From positions 32,001 through 96,000 of the forward strand of contig CAWGHO010000002.1 in NCBI GenBank assembly GCA_963822445.1: a stretch of DNA of 64,000 nucleotides, read 5' to 3'. The stretch comes from an uncultured Acidobacteriota bacterium (GTDB taxonomy: Bacteria; Acidobacteriota; Thermoanaerobaculia; Gp7-AA8). A program made the position numbers and the translations under genes. The notes below the pieces were generated by a model, which worked only from the letters and a program-made list of their open reading frames with translations, was not told the DNA's origin and made no database searches. Shown here piece by piece: positions 1 through 7,587 of the stretch (position 1 is the stretch's first letter; the number at the start of each line of letters is the position of its first letter).

Positions 1-102
1 GGGCGGCGCCTGCTCGGCGGGGACCATCGGCTGGTAGACCTCGCCCGGCGCGAGCGGGACGTAGGCATTTTCGGGAAGCGATTTCGACTCGACAGCTTCC
101 AT
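1..102 (-). CDS. 5' end of a probable OPT-family oligopeptide transporter (runs off the window edge)
   Basis: Manual translation from ATG at 102 gives MEAVESKSLPENAYVPLAPGEVYQPMVPAEQAPP. AGAGGGAG lies upstream as an RBS. The LPENAY..L.PGE.Y.P.VPA start is recalled from OPT transporters. Confidence 0.55.
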   Translation of the reverse strand, partial: MEAVESKSLPENAYVPLAPGEVYQPMVPAEQAPP

Positions 103-165
103 TCGACTCTCCCTCTTGTAGAGAAACGACTTAGTGCGGACTCGGCATTATAGAATCGGCCGATC

Positions 166-729
166 ATGAAAAAGTTGCTTGCTTTTCTCGCCGTCGCCCT
201 CCTTGCGCCCGCCGTCTTCGCCGATGACTCCCTTGTCAAAGAGCTCGAACGCACCGAAGCGAAACTGCTGAAGGCCGTCGAAGGCCTGTCTCCCGCGCAG
301 TGGAGCTACAAGGCCGCGCCGGACCGCTGGTCGATCGGCGAATGCGTCGAGCACATCACCGCCTCCGAGCCGTTCATCCGGGGCATGATCGTGAAGTCGC
401 TGGAGACACCGGCCGCGGCGGACGCGAAGAAGGACGAGATGGTCCTCAAAGCCATCGTCGACCGCTCGACGAAGTTCAAAGCGCCGGAGCCGCTGATTCC
501 GACGAACAAGTACGCGACCGCCGCCGAGGCTCTCGCCGCGTACAAAAAGGAGCGCGCGGAGACGATCGCCCTTGCGAAAAGCGCCGCGGACTTTCGCGCG
601 CACGGCAGCAATCACTTCGCCTTCGGCCCGCTCGACAGCTACGGCTGGGTGTTGTTCCTCTCCGCACACAGCGAACGGCACACGTTGCAGGTCGAGGAAG
701 TGAAGACCGCCGAGGGCTATCCGAAATAG
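166..729 (+). CDS. DinB-family protein with signal peptide
   Basis: Signal peptide, WSIGECVEHI and C-terminal HSERH His triad. Confidence 0.85.
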   Translation: MKKLLAFLAVALLAPAVFADDSLVKELERTEAKLLKAVEGLSPAQWSYKAAPDRWSIGECVEHITASEPFIRGMIVKSLETPAAADAKKDEMVLKAIVDRSTKFKAPEPLIPTNKYATAAEALAAYKKERAETIALAKSAADFRAHGSNHFAFGPLDSYGWVLFLSAHSERHTLQVEEVKTAEGYPK

Positions 730-730
730 C

Positions 731-804
731 CGTGTAGTGTGGGCCTCCGGCCTACCCTTGGGTGGGCGGGAAACCCAAGGTAGGCCGGAGGCCCACACTA
801 CACG
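731..804. repeat. REP-like inverted doublet between convergent genes
   Basis: Arms cgtgtagtgtgggcctccggcctacccttgggt and acccaaggtaggccggaggcccacactacacg are near-perfect reverse complements with a GTAG motif. Confidence 0.8.
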
Positions 805-2552
805 AGGATCTGGTCGATCGTCCGGTAGCTCACCGCGTGGTACGTCGGCCGCGCCTTCTCGTAAATCCGCTTCGCCCGTTCCATTCCTTCCGGCGACTCG
901 GCGAGCTTCTGGTACAGCGGCTTGAGGAACTTGCGCCGTCCCTGGCGCAGGAGGAACTTCTCCAGCGCGTCGTAGGCCGGCTCGTACTTTTTGTCGATCG
1001 CGTTGAGCAGCCACTCGTGCAGGATCTCCGAGTTCCCGCTCTCGGTGAACTTGAACGCCGCGTCGAGCTCCGCCATCTGCTCGCGGCTGAGCGTCTTCGG
1101 CAGATGCCGCAGGAAGTGAATCCATTCGTGAGTGGACCACTTCTTCGTCGCCAGACTCGACGCCGCGGTCCCGTTCTCGAAGGCCTTGACCTGCTCTTCG
1201 ACTTTCGTGAACGCATCTGACTTGACCTTCGGCGCGTTCGCGGGGATCCCCGGTCCGTTGATCCACTGCTCGATCTGGACATTGATCCACTGCTGGACCT
1301 CGGGGAACGCCGCCTGCAGCTCGGCGAGGAACTCCGCGGTGGTCATCGACTGGAAGGCGTGGCGATCGAAGTAATCGCGCAGGAACTTGTCCCACTTCTC
1401 GCGGCCCACCGTTTCCTCGAGCAGGCGCAGGAGGAAGTAGCCCTTCTCGTACGGCAGCTTCGTCGCCGCTTCGTCCGGATCGCGGCCGGTGAGATCGAGG
1501 AAGAGATGCGTGTCGCGCGGCTGCAATTCGGCGACCGTGGCTTCGAGGTCCTGATGTCCGAGCAGGGCGAGCATTTCCGAGTAATCGCGGCCCGCCACCG
1601 CTTCCATGATCCGGCGCTCGAAGTAGACGGTGAATCCCTCGTTGAGCCAGAAGTCGTTCCACGTCGCGTTCGTGACGAGATTCCCCGACCACGAATGCGC
1701 GAGCTCGTGGGCGACGAGATTCACCAGCGAGCGATCGCCGGCGAGGATGGTCGGCGTGGCGAACGTCAGCCGCGGATTCTCCATCCCGCCGAACGGGAAG
1801 CTGGGCGGCAACACCAGCACGTCGTACTGGCCCCACCGATACGGCCCGTAAATCGCCTCAGCCGCATCGATCATCTGCTGCGTATCCGCGAGCTCGTACG
1901 CCGACGCCTCGATCATTGGCTTCTCCGCCCACACGCCGCAGTTGCGGCCTAAGGGACGGAACGCGAGATCGCCAACCGCGAGCGCGAGCAGATACGACGG
2001 AATGGGCTGCGGCATGCGGAACCGGTAGACGCCGTCCGCGCTCACGTCCGGCGAATTCTCCGCGCTCATGATGGCCATGAGCCCCTTCGGCACGTGAATC
2101 GTCGCTTCGTAGGTCATGCGCACGCCCGGCGAGTCCTGACACGGAACCCAGGTGCGCGCGAGGATGGCCTGCGACTGGGTGAAGAGAAACGGATGCTTGC
2201 CGCCGGCTGTCTGCGCGGGCGTCAGCCACTGCACGGCAGCGGCGTCGGGCGCGGAGGTGTACTGGATCGACACCGTCTTCGTGTCCTGCTCGAGGTCGAT
2301 GCTCAGCGGGCGGCCGAGGTGCGGTTGGGGCTCGCCGACGCGGAAGAAGGCCGGCTTGCCGGCATCGAGGGTGACCTTGTCGATGGTCAGACCGTTCGTG
2401 TCGAGCACGAGCTCGCGTGCGGCCGCGCTTTTCTCAATCGTGAGCGTGGCCACGCCGGCGAGCTGCTTGCGGTCGAAATCGACGTTCAGATCGAGTGCGA
2501 GATGTTTGACGACGGCCTCATCGGGCCGTGCGAACGAATGGATGTCTCTCAT
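798..2552 (-). CDS. M1-family aminopeptidase (leukotriene-A4-hydrolase-like)
   Basis: GGMEN, HELAH-x18-E (WLNEG), YEKG and C-terminal GRRKF motifs. Confidence 0.95.
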   Translation of the reverse strand: MRDIHSFARPDEAVVKHLALDLNVDFDRKQLAGVATLTIEKSAAARELVLDTNGLTIDKVTLDAGKPAFFRVGEPQPHLGRPLSIDLEQDTKTVSIQYTSAPDAAAVQWLTPAQTAGGKHPFLFTQSQAILARTWVPCQDSPGVRMTYEATIHVPKGLMAIMSAENSPDVSADGVYRFRMPQPIPSYLLALAVGDLAFRPLGRNCGVWAEKPMIEASAYELADTQQMIDAAEAIYGPYRWGQYDVLVLPPSFPFGGMENPRLTFATPTILAGDRSLVNLVAHELAHSWSGNLVTNATWNDFWLNEGFTVYFERRIMEAVAGRDYSEMLALLGHQDLEATVAELQPRDTHLFLDLTGRDPDEAATKLPYEKGYFLLRLLEETVGREKWDKFLRDYFDRHAFQSMTTAEFLAELQAAFPEVQQWINVQIEQWINGPGIPANAPKVKSDAFTKVEEQVKAFENGTAASSLATKKWSTHEWIHFLRHLPKTLSREQMAELDAAFKFTESGNSEILHEWLLNAIDKKYEPAYDALEKFLLRQGRRKFLKPLYQKLAESPEGMERAKRIYEKARPTYHAVSYRTIDQILV

Positions 2553-2575
2553 GGCCGCGGTAGCATATGCGACGC

Positions 2576-2821
2576 ATGCCTTGCGATCACGCCGGCGGTC
2601 CGGAGCTAATCGAGATGGCGGAAAAACACCTCCGCGAAAACGGTGTGCCCGTTGATCGCTGGCCGGGTCTCCGCTTCCGCTGGGCCGAGAACCTTACCGA
2701 CAGCATGTGGGCCTCGGTCGTCGTCGAAGTCGAGCGCCGCGGCGAGCAATGGATCATCACCAGGCTCGACCGTAACAGCGACGCTTTAGCAATGGCTGAG
2801 ACCGGCTTCCATTCGGTCTAG
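2576..2821 (+). CDS. small hypothetical protein
   Basis: ORF with natural composition. TAGCAT -10-like box lies 9 nt before ATG 2576. Start uncertain. Confidence 0.55.
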   Translation: MPCDHAGGPELIEMAEKHLRENGVPVDRWPGLRFRWAENLTDSMWASVVVEVERRGEQWIITRLDRNSDALAMAETGFHSV

Positions 2822-2859
2822 GCCTACGATTTGAATACACGGTTTTCGCTCGAAGGCCC

Positions 2860-3918
2860 ATGCCGACCAATCCAACTCGTCGCCGGAGCGATGGCGATAC
2901 GTTTGACGAGTCGCCGTCGATCCGTGTGCTGCTCGTGGACGACGACGATCACTTCCGTCACTGGCTCACGCACCTGATGCGACGCCTCGGGTTCGCCGTC
3001 GAAACGGCCATCGACGGCGCCGACGCGATGACCAAGTTGCACTCCCGGCCCTTCGACGTCCTGATTTCCGACTTCGAGATGCCGCGCATGAACGGGCTCG
3101 AGCTCATTCGCGAGATCCGCGCGACCCCCGCGCTCTACAGCCAGTACGCGGTGATGCTGACTTCGCACGATGACGTGCGGTCGAAGGTCGACGCGCTCAC
3201 CGCCGGGTACGACGACTTTCTGACGAAGAGCTGCACCGAGGTCGAAGTTGCCGCGAAAGTCGTGGCCGCGCGACGCATGCTTTCGCGTCACCAACTGCTC
3301 TCCGTCTCCGTCCGCGAGTGGCAGGCCTTGGCCATGCGCGACGAGCTGACAGGCGTCGCGGTACGGCGGACGTTTTTCGATGAAGCGGAGCGGTTGCTCG
3401 CCGAGAAGCGCTCCATCGGCGTGGCCATCATCGATCTCGACTCCTTCAAACCGATCAACGACACCTTCGGTCATCTCACCGGCGATCGCATCCTCCGCGA
3501 CATCGGCGCGCTGTTCATCCGCAGAACGCGGGCGCACGATCTGATCGCGCGCTACGGCGGCGACGAATTCGTTCTGCTCGTCACTGATCTTCCGATCGAG
3601 GACCTCACCGGCGCGGCTGCGCGCCTCACCGACGAGATCGCGGCGGTGCAATGGGCCGTCACTGACACCACCATTCAGGTCACGGCCACGTTCGGCGTCG
3701 CGCATTCGTCGCTGCTGCCGAATGCGACAGTCGAGCAGTTGCTCGAAGCCGCGGATCGCGATCTGTACGCGAAGAAGTGGGTGCGCAAGAATCCCGAGGC
3801 ACCCGCCCATCTCTACGAATACTCGGGACAGAAGACCGGCGCCGACGTCGTCCCCCTTCCCGTCGAATCGGAACACTCTGGTTCATCTGTTGCACCGAGG
3901 CCAGCCGTGGAGGATTAG
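2860..3918 (+). CDS. response-regulator diguanylate cyclase (REC-GGDEF)
   Basis: REC domain (LLVDDD, SDFEMP), intact YGGDEF and RxxD I-site (RAHD). Confidence 0.92.
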   Translation: MPTNPTRRRSDGDTFDESPSIRVLLVDDDDHFRHWLTHLMRRLGFAVETAIDGADAMTKLHSRPFDVLISDFEMPRMNGLELIREIRATPALYSQYAVMLTSHDDVRSKVDALTAGYDDFLTKSCTEVEVAAKVVAARRMLSRHQLLSVSVREWQALAMRDELTGVAVRRTFFDEAERLLAEKRSIGVAIIDLDSFKPINDTFGHLTGDRILRDIGALFIRRTRAHDLIARYGGDEFVLLVTDLPIEDLTGAAARLTDEIAAVQWAVTDTTIQVTATFGVAHSSLLPNATVEQLLEAADRDLYAKKWVRKNPEAPAHLYEYSGQKTGADVVPLPVESEHSGSSVAPRPAVED

Positions 3919-3921
3919 GCG

Positions 3922-4182
3922 ATGAAGAATTTCGTTCGAATGCTGGCCCTGGCGCTCGCACTCACCGGACTCGCGGCGTGCGATTCACCGAAAGAAAACG
4001 CGACCGAGGAAAAGATCGAAGATGCGGGCGAAGCCGCCGGCAAGTCCGAGGATGCCGCCGAAGCGAACGCGGAAGCCGTGACCGACAGCGGCGCGACCGA
4101 TACGACCGGAACCACCGGAACCACGGGCACGACGACGACGCAGACCGAGACCTCGACGACGACGGTTACGACTACGACCTAG
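3922..4182 (+). CDS. small lipoprotein with Thr-rich tail
   Basis: Lipobox LAAC and low-complexity E/A/T region. Confidence 0.75.
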   Translation: MKNFVRMLALALALTGLAACDSPKENATEEKIEDAGEAAGKSEDAAEANAEAVTDSGATDTTGTTGTTGTTTTQTETSTTTVTTTT

Positions 4183-4194
4183 CAGCGGTCACGC

Positions 4195-5700
4195 TCATTT
4201 CCGGGTCATCATCTCCTCCCCGAACTTCACCGCGTCCGCTTTGTCCGCGCTCGTGAAGACGAATCGGAGGACCGAGCCTGTCCCGGGAATGAGCTCGACC
4301 CGCGCGCTTTCCGCCTCCGTGAACGGAGTGAGCTCGCCGGAGAGCCGTCCGATCGACGCGACCAGCGTCGTTCCGCGCTGCTCGACGGTGAGCGTTCCGT
4401 ACGTCGCACCTTCGTACCGGCCGGTGTACGCGCTGAGCGGATGCCCGAGCATCCACTTCCGCGCCGCGAGCTTTTCAACCTCGGCGACCGTGTTCGCTTT
4501 CACCGTGTCGAAACGCGCGCGGAGCTCCGCGAGCTTCTCCGTGTAGGTCTTGTCGACGTCCGGAACGTTCAGCAACCGGTCATACGCGTATGCGGACACG
4601 AGCTCGAGCGGCGAGTGCGACAGCCCCGCATTCGTCATCGCGCCGACGGCCATCTTCTTCCCGGGCAGGAACGAGTACACGGAGCGCCAGCCTTCGAACC
4701 CACCGCCGTGGTAGATCGCCTTCTCGCCGTGAAGATCCGACTGGTACCAGCCGAATCCGTATCCGGTGCCGTCGAAAATGAAGCTGTCGCGCTTCGCCGG
4801 CGTCTGCTCCTTGTGCGTCTCCGCGAACGCGGCCGCGGGGATGACCTGCCGCGATCCGATGCGGCCCTGCGTGAGATTGGCATTCAGGAACTTCGCGACG
4901 TCGGCGGGCGTCGTCGCGATTCCTCCCGCGGCGTGCATCATCGAGTCGTCCTTCCAGCCGTACTCCTGAATGGCCATGGCCCCCGTTCCGCTCATGTCGT
5001 ACGGCGTCGCGATCCGCTGTTTGCGCGCGGCGGACATGTAAGCAGTCGTGCGAGTCATGCCCAGCGGCTTGAAAACGCGCGACGCGAGCGCGTCCTGCCA
5101 CTTCTGACCGGTGAGGCGTTCGACGACCAGGCTGGCCACGACGTAGCCAAGGTTGTCGTAGCGGAAGTCTTCGTTGCGCGGCGTGCTCAGGCCGAGAATC
5201 CGCACCAGCTCCTGCGGCGTGTGATCGCCGGTGAACGCCGTGCGGTAGACGATCGCATTGTTCTGGATGTTCGAGGTGTGCGACAGCAACCGCCGCAGCG
5301 TCACCCGCGACGCATCGATCTCCGGCGGGAATCGCAATTCGGGAAGATAGGTCGTCACCGGCACGTCGAGATCGAGCACCCCCTCCTCGGCTAGCACCGT
5401 GCAGAGCAGCGCCGTGTACGCCTTCGTGTTCGAGCCGTTGTAGTAGATCGTGTCCGCGTCCGATGGCCGTTTCGTCGCGAGGTCCGCGTAGCCGTAGCCG
5501 CGCGCGTAAGTCTTTCCATCGTGAACGATCGACAGGCCGATGCTCGGGATCTCCGGAAGCGTCTGCAGCGTCTTGCCGACGAACCGGTCGATGTCCCGCA
5601 TCTGGGCATCGGTCCCAGGCAGCGGTGACGAACTGCACGAGATGAGAAACGTGAGGGCGAGGATCAGGAAGGAAACGCGAACCGCGGCGAATGGGTGCAT
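4195..5700 (-). CDS. serine hydrolase, beta-lactamase/AmpC-like, with C-terminal DUF3471-like domain
   Basis: SxxK (SNTK), LLSHTS, YxN (YDN), HGG and an N-terminal lipoprotein-like signal. Confidence 0.88.
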   Translation of the reverse strand: MHPFAAVRVSFLILALTFLISCSSSPLPGTDAQMRDIDRFVGKTLQTLPEIPSIGLSIVHDGKTYARGYGYADLATKRPSDADTIYYNGSNTKAYTALLCTVLAEEGVLDLDVPVTTYLPELRFPPEIDASRVTLRRLLSHTSNIQNNAIVYRTAFTGDHTPQELVRILGLSTPRNEDFRYDNLGYVVASLVVERLTGQKWQDALASRVFKPLGMTRTTAYMSAARKQRIATPYDMSGTGAMAIQEYGWKDDSMMHAAGGIATTPADVAKFLNANLTQGRIGSRQVIPAAAFAETHKEQTPAKRDSFIFDGTGYGFGWYQSDLHGEKAIYHGGGFEGWRSVYSFLPGKKMAVGAMTNAGLSHSPLELVSAYAYDRLLNVPDVDKTYTEKLAELRARFDTVKANTVAEVEKLAARKWMLGHPLSAYTGRYEGATYGTLTVEQRGTTLVASIGRLSGELTPFTEAESARVELIPGTGSVLRFVFTSADKADAVKFGEEMMTRK

Positions 5701-5730
5701 GCCGCCTCAGACGTCTCTTGGCGGCGATCG

Positions 5731-6516
5731 TTAGAACGTCATGCCCAGCGTGACGCCGACGTTCTTCCGCTCGACGAGCAGCACCGTCACTGACGCCTTG
5801 CGATGCGCATACGTGGCCGACAGATGCGTGTGCACGCCGTCGTTCATCAGCATCGCCGACACGCCTGGTAACACGCTCACGTTCACGCCGAACGGATAGA
5901 TCAGCCGCCGTTCATAGCCGCTGTAGCTCACGCCCGCGTACGGTCCGATGCGGCCGAGACCTTTGCTGACCGTGACGAAGTAAGCCTGCCCGGACGGTGT
6001 ACCGATGCGATCGGAGCTCGTGCCGAAAACGACAGCCGGCCGCGTTTTCGTTTCGCCGAGGGCTCGCCAGTTCGCGACGAGGCCGACTTCGTTCGCCTCC
6101 GCGTTCCACTCGACGCCGGCTTTCAGATCCTTCGTCAGACGATGGGTGATCACCGTGCGATGTGTGGCCCGATCGATCACCCCTTCGATGAAACGATGCG
6201 ACAGCTCCCAGCGATGCTTGTCCGAAGCGGTTCCCCGAACCGCGATCCCTTCGCCGGGTCAGCCGGGTCAACTGGGGACGAGCGACGGCTGACTCTTCTC
6301 GATGACCGCGCCTTCCGCGGCCAGCTCCAGCAGCGCGTCGTAGAGCTGGGCGAAACGCTCGGGATCGGAGAGGAACTCGGTGCGGCAATCCTCGAAGCGG
6401 AACTTGTACGTCTTCCCGCCATGTTCGACGGTCACCGCCGCCTCCCCCTTCGCCACGATGCACTCCTCGGGAGTGTGAATCGCGGCGAGAACGAAGAAGA
6501 CCGCGGCGAAGGTCAA
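5731..6516 (-). CDS. candidate UxxU selenoprotein: YHS-like domain, U-P-G-U, predicted outer-membrane beta-barrel (261 aa with read-through)
   Basis: ORFs 6268..6516 and 5731..6180 are in the same frame. The only stops between them are TGA at 6270-6268 and 6261-6259 (AGT TGA CCC GGC TGA CCC). A hairpin follows. The C-terminus ends VGVTLGMTF. The TTG start overlaps the upstream stop (TTGA). Confidence 0.7.
6223..6258 (-). promoter_or_regulatory. candidate bacterial SECIS element
   Basis: GCGGTTC-GGG-GAACCGC perfect stem with a G-rich loop 22 nt after the second UGA and 31 nt after the first. A lower CGAA/TTCG stem is also possible. Confidence 0.6.
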
Positions 6517-7145
6517 CGGCGAATGGCCTTTTCGATCTCGGCGAGCATCGCCGCGCGATCGGCTTCCCCGCCGTACCGCTTCACGATGCGTCCGTCGCGG
6601 CCGACCAGGACCAGCGACGGCAGCGCGTTGACTTTGTACGCGCTCCAGACCGCGGGCGTGGATTGCACGATCGGATACGTCACCTTCGCGGCCTTGGTCG
6701 CTTTCACGACGAGCGGCAACCGATCGTCGACAGTGACACCGACGACGGCGAATCCGCGATCCGCGTACTTCGCGTGGAGGGCCTGCAACTCAGGCAGCGC
6801 CTTCACGCAGGGCGGGCAGAACGTGCCCCAGAAATCGAGCAGCACGACCTGTCCGCGAAAGTCCTCGAGCGAGACCTGCCGTCCATCCAGTGCCTTCAGC
6901 GTGAATCCCGGCGCGGGCTTCCCTTCATCGGTGATCAGGAACTCGTCGGGGTTCTTCAGGAACTCGACTTTGCACTCCAGGCTGCAGAAGGCGTAGTCCT
7001 TCCCCTTGTACTTCGCGCGGGCCTTGACCGGCTCGAAGCCGGAGCCTTCCCGCGGTCCGCACACGGCGCAGACGGCCTGGTCTTCGGCCATCGCGGCAAA
7101 GGCGACGAGGGCAATCAGAGCGAGGATGATCAAGCGTCGGGTCAT
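6513..7145 (-). CDS. exported TlpA/redoxin-family thiol-disulfide oxidoreductase with N-terminal YHS/TRASH domain
   Basis: Signal peptide, CAVC...YAFCSLECKVEFLKNP (YHS), APGFTL and FWGTFCPPC (CxxC), cis-Pro ALP. Confidence 0.9.
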   Translation of the reverse strand: MTRRLIILALIALVAFAAMAEDQAVCAVCGPREGSGFEPVKARAKYKGKDYAFCSLECKVEFLKNPDEFLITDEGKPAPGFTLKALDGRQVSLEDFRGQVVLLDFWGTFCPPCVKALPELQALHAKYADRGFAVVGVTVDDRLPLVVKATKAAKVTYPIVQSTPAVWSAYKVNALPSLVLVGRDGRIVKRYGGEADRAAMLAEIEKAIRR

Positions 7146-7200
7146 GCTCCGAGCGTAACGTGGCGCGTGTGGAAACGCTTCCAGCCCGAACGCGGCGACG

Positions 7201-7587
7201 TCACATCTCGGTCTTCAGCATGACCTGCACGCGCTCCACAACGTCCGGCAGGCGGAACGGTTTGCCCATGAAACTGTCCGCGCCCGCTTCCATCGCCGCC
7301 GGCTTCTGACTGGCATCGGCGGAGATGACCAGGATCGCCACCGGGTGCGCTTCCCGAATCGCCTTCAGTCGTCCCAGCACCTCGATACCGCTCATCTCGG
7401 GCATCTGCAGATCGAGCAGGATCAGGTCATAGTCGTGCTGCAGGTGCAGCGCCGCAACCTCGGTCGATTCCAGAGTCGCCGTCACCGCGCCATACCCGGC
7501 GCGTCGCAGCGTGTGCTCGAGCAGACGAACATTCGATTTCTGATCGTCGACGATCAGGATTCGCGGACCGGGAGCTTCATTAGACAT
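7201..7587 (-). CDS. single-domain response regulator
   Basis: ILIVDD, LLDLQMP and KPF motifs. Confidence 0.9.
   Translation of the reverse strand: MSNEAPGPRILIVDDQKSNVRLLEHTLRRAGYGAVTATLESTEVAALHLQHDYDLILLDLQMPEMSGIEVLGRLKAIREAHPVAILVISADASQKPAAMEAGADSFMGKPFRLPDVVERVQVMLKTEM

Noticed and set aside
148-1836. 562-aa minus-strand ORF and the many other long overlapping ORFs
   Set aside because: These are Arg/Pro/Ala-rich shadow frames of high-GC genes with no motifs. A better-supported gene occupies each locus.
4100-4180. ACG/ACC-rich repeats as a possible array
   Set aside because: They simply encode the Thr-rich tail of the lipoprotein.
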